Shown piece after piece: positions 33,777 through 42,957 of a DNA stretch of 64,000 nt (position 1 is its first letter; each line of letters starts with the position of its first letter). The stretch lies in assembly GCA_963721025.1 (NCBI GenBank), contig CAVRHN010000014.1, forward strand, positions 87,835 to 151,834, read 5' to 3'. The position numbers and the translations under genes are program-made. Under the pieces are notes generated by a model that worked only from the letters and a program-made list of their open reading frames with translations, was not told where the DNA came from and did no database searches. The stretch comes from an uncultured Alphaproteobacteria bacterium (GTDB lineage: Bacteria; Pseudomonadota; Alphaproteobacteria; Rhizobiales; Xanthobacteraceae).

Positions 33777-35684
33777 ATGCTGCGCCGTGCGCTCGCGATC
33801 CTGTTCGTCCTGCTCATTCCGCCTTGCGCTTACGCCGCCGAGGTCCGGATAGCGGTCCCCAAGCTCTATCTGCAAGACGTTTTTCTGAAATCCCTGCTGG
33901 CCTCGAAGGAACTGGCCGCGGTCGGCATCCAACCGGTGGCGTTGCCCACCACGACCGAGCACGAGGCCATGGCCGCGGTGAACTCCGGCACGGCCGCTCT
34001 GAGCGTCTTCAGCGTTGCCGAGGCGGACCGCCGCGCTTTGCAAAAGTCGGGGTCCGAGGCCGCGCTCCTGGCGCAGCCGTTCTTGTTCAAATCGGCCGAA
34101 GAAGTCGTGCTGATGCAGAAATCATTTCTGGGACAGGCCACCGTCACCGATGCGGGGCGGTCGGGCCTTTTCCCTCTGCAATTGTGGAATCACAATGTCA
34201 CCTATTTCCTCACCAAAGACCCGATCCGCAGCGAAGGCGACTTTAAGAAGCTGACGATTGCATCGGACGCCAATGCCCACGACGTCAAGATTATTTCCGC
34301 TGTCGCAGCCTCCGCAAAGGTCTCCGCTGCGGGAGGCATGCATTCCATGATGGCTGGACCGGTCAACGGCTTTGAAACGCAACTCGACGCCGCCACGCAG
34401 GAGTTTGTCGCGAAATATGGGCACAAGCTTTATTTGACGACCGGCTGGCCGGTGACCGGAATACTGGCGGCGGCGCCAAAGTATTGGCTGGGGCTCAGCG
34501 AGGCCGAGAAAAAAGCTTGGCAAGCGGCGGCGAAGGCGGCCCTGGCCGCGTCCGACGCCGAAATCCTGGCCAGAGAGGACGCCATCCGCAAGAACCCGAA
34601 CATAGAAGTGACGAGCCTGGACCATTCCTCGCAAATGGGGCTGGCGAAGCGGGCGGCCGGCGATGGCGTGAAAAAGCTGGAAAACAGCATGGGCTTGTGG
34701 GTCAAGGCCGAAACCGAGGTCCACAGTCAACCGGCCGCTAAGCCGATCCCGGAAGCCGCCCTGCCGCCGCGGAAACATGGAAATTCGCCGGTGCTTTTCG
34801 TCACCGATCGCGACGATGAGCATACCCTCGACTATGCGACACGGTTCGGTTCGAAGCGCCTCGATCCTTTCGAGCTGACCTGCGGCCTCCTCGGCACGCC
34901 GGCCCCGTCAATGGACGAACCGCATCTGCCGCCGGCGCCGAAAAATCTTACCAAGGGCGAGGACGCCTGCGTGCGCCTGATCGTCGACCAGGCCAAGGCC
35001 GCCGGCTTTTCCAAGGTTTTGTTCTTAATTCACGGCTTCAATAATGACTTCGAGTATGTCGCCACGCGGGGCTTGAAGCTTGCCGCCAATCTCGATTACG
35101 CGGGAGTGATCGTAGCCTGGAGCTGGCCGTCGGAAGGTTCCGCCTTCGGCTACGCCTACGACGAGGATTCCGCCACCTGGAGCGAACCGCATGTCGCTGA
35201 ACTGGTGCGCGACGTTGCGGAAGCGGCGCCAGATCTGCAGCTCGATTTTGCCGCCCACAGCATGGGCAATCGCATCCTTTTGCAGATGCTGCGCGAGTTC
35301 GGTCAGAGCCGTGCGAACTTGCCCATCGGCTTGGCGATATTTGCCGCACCCGACGTCGCGCAGGATGTTTTCAAGGAGCAAATTCGGCTCGCTCGCAAGG
35401 TCGCGACGGTGCGGACGCTTTATGCCTCGGAATACGATCGCGCTATCCTGATTTCGCAAAGCTATCACAACGCGCCGAGGGCCGGCAGCGGCGGCGCCAA
35501 TATTCTGGTCACAGGCGGCGTCGACTCAGTCGACGCCAAGCTCAGCGGACATTCGTACGTTTTCGACGAACCCAAGGCGATGCACGACTTCAAGCAGCTT
35601 CTCAATAAGGAGACTCCGGCGGCGAAGCGCGGTCTCGAATCGCGTGTCAAGGCCGCAGGCACCTATTGGGTGATCGAGCCCTAG
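33777..35684 (+). CDS. Secreted fusion protein: DctP-like (TRAP solute-binding) N-domain + DUF900 alpha/beta-hydrolase C-domain
   Basis: Signal peptide (MLRRALAILFVLLIPPCAYA). DctP-like stretch (LAQPFLFKS...LWNHNVTYF...). C-terminal part has LIHGFNN...WSWPSEG...YDEDSA...AHSMGN, typical of DUF900 esterases. RBS GGAGAGAGG lies before the ATG. Confidence 0.7.
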   Translation: MLRRALAILFVLLIPPCAYAAEVRIAVPKLYLQDVFLKSLLASKELAAVGIQPVALPTTTEHEAMAAVNSGTAALSVFSVAEADRRALQKSGSEAALLAQPFLFKSAEEVVLMQKSFLGQATVTDAGRSGLFPLQLWNHNVTYFLTKDPIRSEGDFKKLTIASDANAHDVKIISAVAASAKVSAAGGMHSMMAGPVNGFETQLDAATQEFVAKYGHKLYLTTGWPVTGILAAAPKYWLGLSEAEKKAWQAAAKAALAASDAEILAREDAIRKNPNIEVTSLDHSSQMGLAKRAAGDGVKKLENSMGLWVKAETEVHSQPAAKPIPEAALPPRKHGNSPVLFVTDRDDEHTLDYATRFGSKRLDPFELTCGLLGTPAPSMDEPHLPPAPKNLTKGEDACVRLIVDQAKAAGFSKVLFLIHGFNNDFEYVATRGLKLAANLDYAGVIVAWSWPSEGSAFGYAYDEDSATWSEPHVAELVRDVAEAAPDLQLDFAAHSMGNRILLQMLREFGQSRANLPIGLAIFAAPDVAQDVFKEQIRLARKVATVRTLYASEYDRAILISQSYHNAPRAGSGGANILVTGGVDSVDAKLSGHSYVFDEPKAMHDFKQLLNKETPAAKRGLESRVKAAGTYWVIEP

Positions 35685-36388
35685 CCGCGCAACAGACCGA
35701 CAATCACGAAATAGATGGCAATCGCCGCGAGCGCCGCGCCGACCCACGCGGGCGGATCGAGATTCTGCTCGAGCGCAAAAAGCGCCAGCACGGCCCACAG
35801 CACCAGCGCCGCCAGATTGAACATGCGCCAGCGCGGCACGCGGACCGGGTGGACAAAATGGATGGGCGCGAATGTCGCCGCCGCCAACACGGCGATCGCG
35901 GCTGCGCCCAACCAGGGCGGCGGCTTAAGCAAGAACAGATAGAACGCCGCGACGTTCCACAGCGCCGGGAAGCCGCGGAAATAGCTGTCCGGCATCTTCA
36001 TGCGCCGGTCGGCGAAATAGAGCGCTCCGGTCACCGTGACGACGAGGCCGAGCGCCAGCGCCGCAGCCGGCGGCAACAGCCCGCCGGCGGCGATGGCATA
36101 GGCTGGCACGAACACGTAGGTGGCAAAATCGACGACGAAATCGAGAAGTTCGCCCGACCAGCGCGGCAAGAGCTCAGCCACCCGTAGTCGCCGTGCCAAG
36201 GTGCCGTCGACTCCGTCGATGACGAGCGCCACCCCAAGCCAAAGGAACATGCGCGCCCATTCGGCGCGGACCGCGGCGATCAATGCCAGTAGCGCGCAGG
36301 CAGCGCCGCAGGCGGTAAAGACGTGAACCGCGAAAGCGGCGACGATGCGGGGCGCCGCCGGCTTTGCCGGTGCCTCGGTCGGGTCCAT
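35681..36388 (-). CDS. pcs: Phosphatidylcholine synthase (CDP-alcohol phosphatidyltransferase family)
   Basis: Motif DGVDGTLAR-x12-GELLDFVVD. About 8 TM helices. 235 aa, as for rhizobial Pcs. Confidence 0.82.
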   Translation of the reverse strand: MDPTEAPAKPAAPRIVAAFAVHVFTACGAACALLALIAAVRAEWARMFLWLGVALVIDGVDGTLARRLRVAELLPRWSGELLDFVVDFATYVFVPAYAIAAGGLLPPAAALALGLVVTVTGALYFADRRMKMPDSYFRGFPALWNVAAFYLFLLKPPPWLGAAAIAVLAAATFAPIHFVHPVRVPRWRMFNLAALVLWAVLALFALEQNLDPPAWVGAALAAIAIYFVIVGLLRG

Positions 36389-36497
36389 TCTGTCACCCTA
36401 CACCGGAATGGAGGGATCGTGCGCAATCTGTCTGTTATTGCTAAGCTTTCGACATACATTTGCGGAAGCGGCTTCACCAGGACCGCAGAGGGCATTC

Positions 36498-37706
36498 GTG
36501 GACGGCGCGAGGGAAGGTAAGACGGCCGAAGTGGCGGTGGTCGGCGGCGGGCCGGCCGGTCTCATGAGCGCGATCGCGCTCGCTGCGGCCGGCGTCGATA
36601 CGCTACTCATCGCCCGTCAGCCGGAGGACGATCACCGCACCACCGCGCTACTCGCGGGCTCGGTCACCGCGTTGACGACGCTCGGCATATGGGAGGTCTG
36701 CAGCCCGCACGCCGCGCCGCTCGTTACCATCCGCATCATTGACGACACGCAGCGGCTCTTTCGCGCGCCGGAAGTCACCTTCACCGCCGCGGACATCGGC
36801 CTCGACGCCTTCGGCTACAATATCGAGAACCGGCATCTGCTCGCAGCGCTTTATGCGCGCGCGGCGCAGTTGAAGATCACGCGCAGCGGCGGGGCAGCCG
36901 TCGCCGTCGACAGCGATGCCACGGGCGTCACGATCAAGCTCGATGACGGCACCGCTCGCGTGCAGCTTGTCGTCGGGGCCGACGGCCAGCGCTCGATCTG
37001 CCGCGCCGCGGCCGGGATCGCCACCGATCGCCGCGCTTATCCGCAGACGGCGTTGACGCTCAATCTCGCGCACGACAGGCCGCATCAGGATACGGCGACG
37101 GAATTTCATACCGAGAGCGGCCCATTCACTCTCGTGGCGCTGCCCGGCCGCCGGTCGAGCCTGGTCTGGGTGCTCGACCCGGCACGCGCCGCTGAATTGT
37201 CCACCGCCACCGACGCCGAGCTTTCTGCCGAGATCGAGCGCCGCGCGCATTCGATTTTCGGCGCGGTGCGGGTCGAGCGCGGCCGCGGCATGTTTCCGCT
37301 CGCGGTCGAAACCGCGCATTCCTTCGCCCGCACCCGCATTGCCCTTGTCGGCGAGGCGGCGCACGTGGTGCCGCCGATCGGCGCGCAGGGCCTCAATCTC
37401 GGACTTCGCGACGCCGCGACGCTGGCCGAGCTTGTCGCCAACGCGCGCCGCCGGCAGCTCGACGTCGGATCGCCGGCTCTGCTCGCCCGCTACGACGCCC
37501 AGCGCCGCACCGACGCGACGACCCGGAGGATCGCCATCGACCTCCTCAACCGCAGCTTGTTGTCCGATTTCATCCCTGTGCAGGGCGTTCGCGGGCTTTC
37601 CCTGTTCCTGGTCGACCGCATCGCGCCGCTGCGCCGCGCGCTGATGCGTGAAGGCGTCGCCCCCGCCGCGTCGCAACCGCGCCTGATGCGCGGCGAAATG
37701 GTGTGA
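36498..37706 (+). CDS. UbiH/UbiF/VisC/COQ6-family FAD-dependent hydroxylase
   Basis: FAD motif VAVVGGGPAG and GEAAHVVPPIGAQGLNLGLRD. Start ambiguous: GTG at 36498 preferred, ATG at 36408 possible. Confidence 0.85.
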   Translation: MDGAREGKTAEVAVVGGGPAGLMSAIALAAAGVDTLLIARQPEDDHRTTALLAGSVTALTTLGIWEVCSPHAAPLVTIRIIDDTQRLFRAPEVTFTAADIGLDAFGYNIENRHLLAALYARAAQLKITRSGGAAVAVDSDATGVTIKLDDGTARVQLVVGADGQRSICRAAAGIATDRRAYPQTALTLNLAHDRPHQDTATEFHTESGPFTLVALPGRRSSLVWVLDPARAAELSTATDAELSAEIERRAHSIFGAVRVERGRGMFPLAVETAHSFARTRIALVGEAAHVVPPIGAQGLNLGLRDAATLAELVANARRRQLDVGSPALLARYDAQRRTDATTRRIAIDLLNRSLLSDFIPVQGVRGLSLFLVDRIAPLRRALMREGVAPAASQPRLMRGEMV

Positions 37707-37716
37707 GGGACCGGTA

Positions 37717-38016
37717 TTATGGCTCAAACGCCACAAGCCGATACAGCCCAAAGCCAAACAACCCGACGCCAATTGCGTCTAGCAACAGACCAAAAAAATA
37801 AGGATACCACGGGTAGCTTTCTGCGGTGATCCCGTCAGATCGTTTTATATGAATGGCATGGTTGCCCCATTCGCCGGCGCCGAAGAACAGCAGCCCTAAT
37901 CCCATCAACACACCGGCAACGAATTGCACAGGAGCGGAAGCGATAGCGAGCAGCACGCCGGCCGCCCCAATGAAGTTCCACCATTGCTTCAAATCCCATT
38001 TGCTCCGGATTTGCAT
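37717..38016 (-). CDS. Small hypothetical membrane protein
   Basis: 99 aa with three or four hydrophobic segments. No recognisable motif. Confidence 0.45.
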   Translation of the reverse strand: MQIRSKWDLKQWWNFIGAAGVLLAIASAPVQFVAGVLMGLGLLFFGAGEWGNHAIHIKRSDGITAESYPWYPYFFGLLLDAIGVGLFGFGLYRLVAFEP

Positions 38017-38089
38017 GGACGCCCTTCAAAATGTGGACTGGCACGCGCTGGTGCGGCACCGCCATAATGCCCTGAACGCCCACCGCTTC

Positions 38090-38166
38090 CTAGTGCGGTG
38101 GATTTGAAGTTTCTACAGCCCAGCCGCAAACTGGCATAGGAACTTCAAATCCAAAAACCGCACTAG
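38090..38166. repeat. 77-nt long-stem palindrome bounded by CTAGTG...CACTAG (unit 1)
   Basis: Left arm CTAGTGCGGTGGATTTGAAGTT pairs with right arm AACTTCAAATCCAAAAACCGCACTAG, with a 4-nt bulge. Confidence 0.85.
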
Positions 38167-38179
38167 AATCGTAAATTTG

Positions 38180-38255
38180 CTAGTGTCCCTTTGATTCCGA
38201 AGTTCGCATGAGAGTGTGCCGCAAGCACTTGCGAACTTCGGAATCGGGACACTAG
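38180..38255. repeat. 76-nt long-stem palindrome bounded by CTAGTG...CACTAG (unit 2)
   Basis: Left arm CTAGTGTCCCTTTGATTCCGAAGTTCGCA pairs with right arm TGCGAACTTCGGAATCGGGACACTAG, with a 3-nt bulge. The arms share the GATT-yS-GAAGTT core with unit 1. Confidence 0.85.
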
Positions 38256-38336
38256 ACACGCGTGACGGCAAAATCGGCTTGGCGGGTCCAGCCGTTCATC
38301 CTACGGTCTGCTTCGAGAACGCTTTCGAGGTCATGC

Positions 38337-39389
38337 ATGAAACTGCCGCGCAATTTTTTTAAACCGCTTGCAATCGGAGCTCCTGCGCCGCTGCGCGAAT
38401 TGCCGGTGCGGCTCGAGCGCATGATTCACTTCGTACCGCCGCACCTCGAAAAGCTGCGCGCGCGCGTGCCGGAGCTCATTGAGCAGGTCGATGTGGTGCT
38501 GGGCAATCTCGAGGACGCCATTCCCGCCGACGCTAAGGCGGCGGCCCGCGCGGGATTTATCGCGATGGCCAAAGCGTCTGATTTCGGCAACACCGGCTTG
38601 TGGACCCGCGTCAATGCGCTCAATTCACCATGGGTGCTCGACGACATCACCGAGATCGTCGCCGCCGTCGGCGACAAGCTCGACGTCATCATGTTGCCCA
38701 AGGTCGAGGGCGAATGGGACATTCATTATCTTGACCAGCTGCTCGCCCAGCTCGAAGCCAAGCACGCGGTCAAAAAGCCGATCCTCGTCCACGCCATCCT
38801 CGAAACCGCCGAGGGCGTCAACAATGTCGCCGCCATCGCCACCGCCTCGCCGCGCGTGCATGGCATCAGCCTCGGGCCCGCCGATCTCGCGGCTTCCCGC
38901 GCCATGAAGACGACGCGCGTCGGCGGCGGCCATCCCGAGTACAAGGTGCTGGCCGATGCTGCTTCCGGCAGCGCCGCCGATGCGCCGCGCGCCGCCTATC
39001 AGCAGGACCTGTGGCATTACACCATGGCGAAGATGGTCGACGCCTGTGCCGCCGCCGGCATCAAGCCGTTCTATGGTCCGTTCGGCGACATCGCCGACAG
39101 CCCCGGCTGCGAGGTGCAGTTCCGCAACAGCTTCCTGATGGGTTGCGTCGGCGCCTGGTCGTTGCACCCGAGCCAGGTACCGATCGCCAAGCGCGTGTTT
39201 TCACCCGACCCGGCCGAGGTCGCTTTTGCCAAAAAGATCATCGCCGCCATGCCCGACGGCAGCGGCACGGTGATGATCGACGGCAAGATGCAGGACGACG
39301 CCACCTGGAAACAGGCGAAGGTACTGGTCGATCTCGCCCGCCTGGTCGCCGCCAAGGACACGGAAATGGCGGCACGCTACGGGCTATAA
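38337..39389 (+). CDS. HpcH/HpaI aldolase / citrate-lyase-beta family CoA-ester lyase (malyl-CoA lyase-like)
   Basis: 350 aa. N-terminus [24 protein letters not shown] and GNLEDAIP / LPKVEG motifs. From memory it resembles the long (Chloroflexus-type) malyl-CoA/citramalyl-CoA lyases; not searched. Confidence 0.8.
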   Translation: MKLPRNFFKPLAIGAPAPLRELPVRLERMIHFVPPHLEKLRARVPELIEQVDVVLGNLEDAIPADAKAAARAGFIAMAKASDFGNTGLWTRVNALNSPWVLDDITEIVAAVGDKLDVIMLPKVEGEWDIHYLDQLLAQLEAKHAVKKPILVHAILETAEGVNNVAAIATASPRVHGISLGPADLAASRAMKTTRVGGGHPEYKVLADAASGSAADAPRAAYQQDLWHYTMAKMVDACAAAGIKPFYGPFGDIADSPGCEVQFRNSFLMGCVGAWSLHPSQVPIAKRVFSPDPAEVAFAKKIIAAMPDGSGTVMIDGKMQDDATWKQAKVLVDLARLVAAKDTEMAARYGL

Positions 39390-39480
39390 ACGCGCCGGGA
39401 ATCGTGCCATGAAATGTACCATGAACAAACAGTCAACGTCCGGCCCGCCGGCCGCCACAATCGTGTAATCTGATTTTCGC

Positions 39481-39813
39481 ATGAACAAGCTCCGCACCGC
39501 CAAATACCAGATCGGCCAGGTGGTCCGCCACCGGCTGTTTCCGTTCCGCGGCGTGGTGTTCGATATCGATCCGATCTTCAGCAATACCGAGGAGTGGTAC
39601 GAGTCAATTCCCGCGGAAGTCCGGCCGCACAAGGATCAGCCATTCTATCATCTGTTCGCCGAGAACGACGAAACCGAATACATCGCCTACGTCTCCGAAC
39701 AGAATCTGCTGCCGGATGACAGCGGCGAGCCGATCCGGCATCCGCAGGTCGCAAAAGTGTTCGTGCAGGACGGCCATGGCGGTTATCGCCCGCGTCACGC
39801 GACAACGCACTGA
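39481..39813 (+). CDS. hspQ: Heat-shock protein HspQ (hemimethylated-DNA-binding YccV family)
   Basis: Motif YQIGQVVRHRLFPFRGVVFDIDP matches the HspQ N-terminal pattern. 110 aa. Confidence 0.88.
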   Translation: MNKLRTAKYQIGQVVRHRLFPFRGVVFDIDPIFSNTEEWYESIPAEVRPHKDQPFYHLFAENDETEYIAYVSEQNLLPDDSGEPIRHPQVAKVFVQDGHGGYRPRHATTH

Positions 39814-39884
39814 TTAGATCAATTTCGCTCATTCCCGCGCCGACGCGGAATTGCAAACAACGACGCTGATAGCGGCGGCGAGTG

Positions 39885-39910
39885 CGCGTGTCCGCCTGAG
39901 CGGACACGCG
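39885..39910. terminator. GC-rich hairpin between convergent hspQ and ialB-like genes (possible bidirectional terminator)
   Basis: CGCGTGTCCGC-CTGA-GCGGACACGCG, an 11-bp perfect stem. There is no U-tract on either side, so function is uncertain. Confidence 0.35.
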
Positions 39911-39927
39911 TAGAGACCAACAATGAA

Positions 39928-40794
39928 CTACTGCGTCTTGCCAGGTGCCGGTGGCGTGGCCGACGACGGCGGTCCGCCCTGCTGGCTTTCCAGCTTCTTG
40001 CGCGCTTCATCGGCGCGCCGTTGCAGCTCTTCCTGCAGCTTCTTTTGCTGCTCCTCGAACACCTTGGGATCGGTCGGCGGCCCCTCATAGGCCTTGGCGA
40101 AATCGGTGAGCGGCATCTGCAAGCTGATCGGCTGGCCGGTCGAATTGATCGCCTGGATGATGAGTCCCTGCCCCTTCTTCATCTTGTTGATCATGTCGGT
40201 ATTGGCCTCGTAATCCGCCATGCAGCCATTGGTGAAGCAGATCACATAGGGCGCGGTCAGCGGCTGGTTCTGGTCGATGATGACGCGCGTGCCATGGGCA
40301 AGCTGCATGCCCAGGGGCAAGGTCACCCGCAAAATCTTGCGCTCTTGGCCCTCCGGCTCGATGAGCACGGCGGCAGCCACCGGCATCCCCAACTCGATGC
40401 GGGCGTCCTTGCCGGTGAAACAGATCTGCTTGGCCTTGGGATCCGGCGGCTGTCCCGGCGCACCCTTGAGGCAGAACTTGGTCCAAGGCGAAAAGATCAA
40501 TTGCACCGGCTGTTGGTTGCCCTGCGGCTGCTGGCCCTGCGGCGCCGGCGCCGGCGCCGGTTGCTGGGCGGGGGCCGTCTGCTGCGCTTCGGGTGCCGCG
40601 GCTTTATGCTTTCTGGGCTTCGCCTTCTCCTTCGCCTTCTCCTTCGGAGCCGGCGTCGTCTCGGCCTGTTGCGCCGATACAGGCGGGCCGGCCGCAATCG
40701 CCAGCGCGACCGTCAACGGCACAGTCAGGGCGATGATCTTGGCCAAAGCGAGCGTCCGGCTCGCCGGCTTTGCCGGCGCGGTCCAATAGGTCAT
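39928..40794 (-). CDS. Invasion-associated locus B (IalB)-family periplasmic protein
   Basis: Signal peptide, Pro/Ala/Gln-rich spacer, then an IalB-like domain (WTKFCLKG..., ...CFTNGCMADYEA). Confidence 0.78.
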   Translation of the reverse strand: MTYWTAPAKPASRTLALAKIIALTVPLTVALAIAAGPPVSAQQAETTPAPKEKAKEKAKPRKHKAAAPEAQQTAPAQQPAPAPAPQGQQPQGNQQPVQLIFSPWTKFCLKGAPGQPPDPKAKQICFTGKDARIELGMPVAAAVLIEPEGQERKILRVTLPLGMQLAHGTRVIIDQNQPLTAPYVICFTNGCMADYEANTDMINKMKKGQGLIIQAINSTGQPISLQMPLTDFAKAYEGPPTDPKVFEEQQKKLQEELQRRADEARKKLESQQGGPPSSATPPAPGKTQ

Positions 40795-41127
40795 GAGATC
40801 CGGTCCCTCGTTAATGCTGCCGCCCGCAAATCACCCTGATTTGCAACGGTTGTCACGTCGACCTGATATCGACCGGCGATTTCGCCGCGCCGCGCCAAGC
40901 GGGTAGCCCCACCGGACGGTCATTCGACGCAGATTACGGCAACAGCGTGACACCACGGCTCCGCCGCGACCCCCGAGATAGCCCACTTGGCGCGGCGGAT
41001 AAAGCTCGCGCTTCGGCCGCGGTGATAAGACGCTGTTGATCGATGTTCCGGGACTAAGCCACACGGTACCGCCGTGCTACATTTGTCCGCCCCCAGCTCC
41101 GAATCGCGTCGAGTTCCATTCCCACCG

Positions 41128-42957
41128 ATGCATGCCATCCGCAACGCCTGTGTCGCCTTGGGAACTCGCGCCGCTTTGTGCACGGCGTTTGCGGTGTTGG
41201 GCGCAACGGCGGCGGCGGCCGAAGCGGCTTACGCCATCGCCATGCACGGCGCGCCGGCCATGCCGGACGGCTTTAGCGTGCTTCCTTATGCCAATCCCGA
41301 CGCGCCGAAGGGCGGTCGGCTGGTGCAGGGCGTGCTCGGAACCTTCGACAGCCTCAATCCCCTCATCGTCAAGGGCCTCGCGGTGCAAGCGATCCGCGGT
41401 CATGTGATCGAAAGCCTGATGGCGCGCGGCTACGACGAGCCGTTCACGCTCTACGGTCTGCTCGCGCGCTCGGTCGAGACCGACGATGCGCGGAGCTATG
41501 TCACCTTCCGGCTCGACCCGGCTGCGCGCTTTTCCGACGGTGTGCCGGTCACCGCCGAAGACGTCATCTTCTCCTGGCAACTGCTGCGCGATCACGGCCG
41601 GCCCAACCATCGCGCCTACTATTCCAAGGTGGTCAAGGCATCGAGCCTCGATGCGCGCACCGTGCGTTTCGATCTCGGCGGCGGCAACGACCGAGAATTG
41701 CCGCTGATCCTCGGGCTGATGCCGGTGCTGCCGAAACACGCCATCGACGTCGCAACCTTCGAGGAAACGACATTGGCGAAGCCGGTCGGGAGCGGTCCCT
41801 ATGTCGTCGCCGACGTCGATCCGGGCAGGAGCGTCACGCTCAAACGCGATCCCCATTACTGGGGCCGGGCGCTGGGCGTCAATCGCGGCCTGTGGAACTT
41901 CGATGAACTGCGCTTCGACTATTACCGCGACGCCAATGCCTATTTCGAAGCCTTCAAGACCGGCCTCTACGATGTGCGCAGCGAGAGCGATCCCAGCCGC
42001 TGGCAGACCGGCTATGACATTCCGGCGGTACGCGACGGACGCATCGTCAAGGAATCGTTTGCCAACGGCTTGCCCAAGCCGACCTCCGCGTTCGTCTTCA
42101 ACACGCGACGGCCGATCTTCTCCGACATTCGCGTGCGCCAGGCGATTTCGCTGTTGTTCGATGCCGAATGGGTCAACCGCAACTTCTTCTTCGACCTGTA
42201 TCGGCGCAGCGCCAGCTTCTTTCCCGATTCCGAGCTGTCTGCCTATCGGCGGCCAGCTGACGCGCGCGAGCGCGCGCTGCTCGCGCCTTTTGCCGATGCG
42301 GTGCGCCCCGACGTGCTCGACGGCACCTGGTCGCTGCCGGGCGTCAACGGCTCCGGCCGCGACCGCGAAAGCCTGCGCCGAGCGCTGGCCTTGCTCGGCG
42401 CCGCCGGCTACGAGCTTCATGGAACGACGTTGCGCCAACACAACAGCGGACAGCCGTTGCGCATCGAGATCATGGTGACGAGCCGCGACGAAGAGCGGCT
42501 GGCGCTCGCCTTCGCCAGCAACCTGGCGCGCGCCGGCATCGACGCGCAAGTCCGCCTCGTCGACGCGGTGCAGTACGATCAGCGGCGGGTATCGTTCGAT
42601 TTCGACATGATCGAGTATCGCTGGGAGCAGTCGCTGTCGCCCGGCAACGAGCAGAGCTTCTACTGGGGCTCTGCCACCGGCGACGAAGCGGGCTCGCGCA
42701 ACTATATGGGCGTGCACAGCGCCGCGATCGACGCCATGATCGCCGCTATGTTGCGTGCGCGCGAGCGCGGCAACTTCGTCGCCGCCGTGCGCGCGCTCGA
42801 TCGGGTGCTGATGTCCGGCTGTTACGTCGTGCCGCTGTTTTATCTCCCCGCGCAATGGGTGGCGCGATCGGCCTTCCTCGCGCATCCGGGGCGCACGTCG
42901 CTGTCCGGCTACCTGCCGGAAACCTGGTGGTATCAACCGAAACGGGCGCTGCAATGA
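41128..42957 (+). CDS. ABC-transporter substrate-binding protein, family 5 (YejA-like)
   Basis: Signal peptide and an SBP_bac_5-type sequence (GGRLVQGVLGTFDSLNP..., FSDGVPVTAEDV). About 609 aa. No permease or ATPase genes are adjacent. Confidence 0.82.
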   Translation: MHAIRNACVALGTRAALCTAFAVLGATAAAAEAAYAIAMHGAPAMPDGFSVLPYANPDAPKGGRLVQGVLGTFDSLNPLIVKGLAVQAIRGHVIESLMARGYDEPFTLYGLLARSVETDDARSYVTFRLDPAARFSDGVPVTAEDVIFSWQLLRDHGRPNHRAYYSKVVKASSLDARTVRFDLGGGNDRELPLILGLMPVLPKHAIDVATFEETTLAKPVGSGPYVVADVDPGRSVTLKRDPHYWGRALGVNRGLWNFDELRFDYYRDANAYFEAFKTGLYDVRSESDPSRWQTGYDIPAVRDGRIVKESFANGLPKPTSAFVFNTRRPIFSDIRVRQAISLLFDAEWVNRNFFFDLYRRSASFFPDSELSAYRRPADARERALLAPFADAVRPDVLDGTWSLPGVNGSGRDRESLRRALALLGAAGYELHGTTLRQHNSGQPLRIEIMVTSRDEERLALAFASNLARAGIDAQVRLVDAVQYDQRRVSFDFDMIEYRWEQSLSPGNEQSFYWGSATGDEAGSRNYMGVHSAAIDAMIAAMLRARERGNFVAAVRALDRVLMSGCYVVPLFYLPAQWVARSAFLAHPGRTSLSGYLPETWWYQPKRALQ

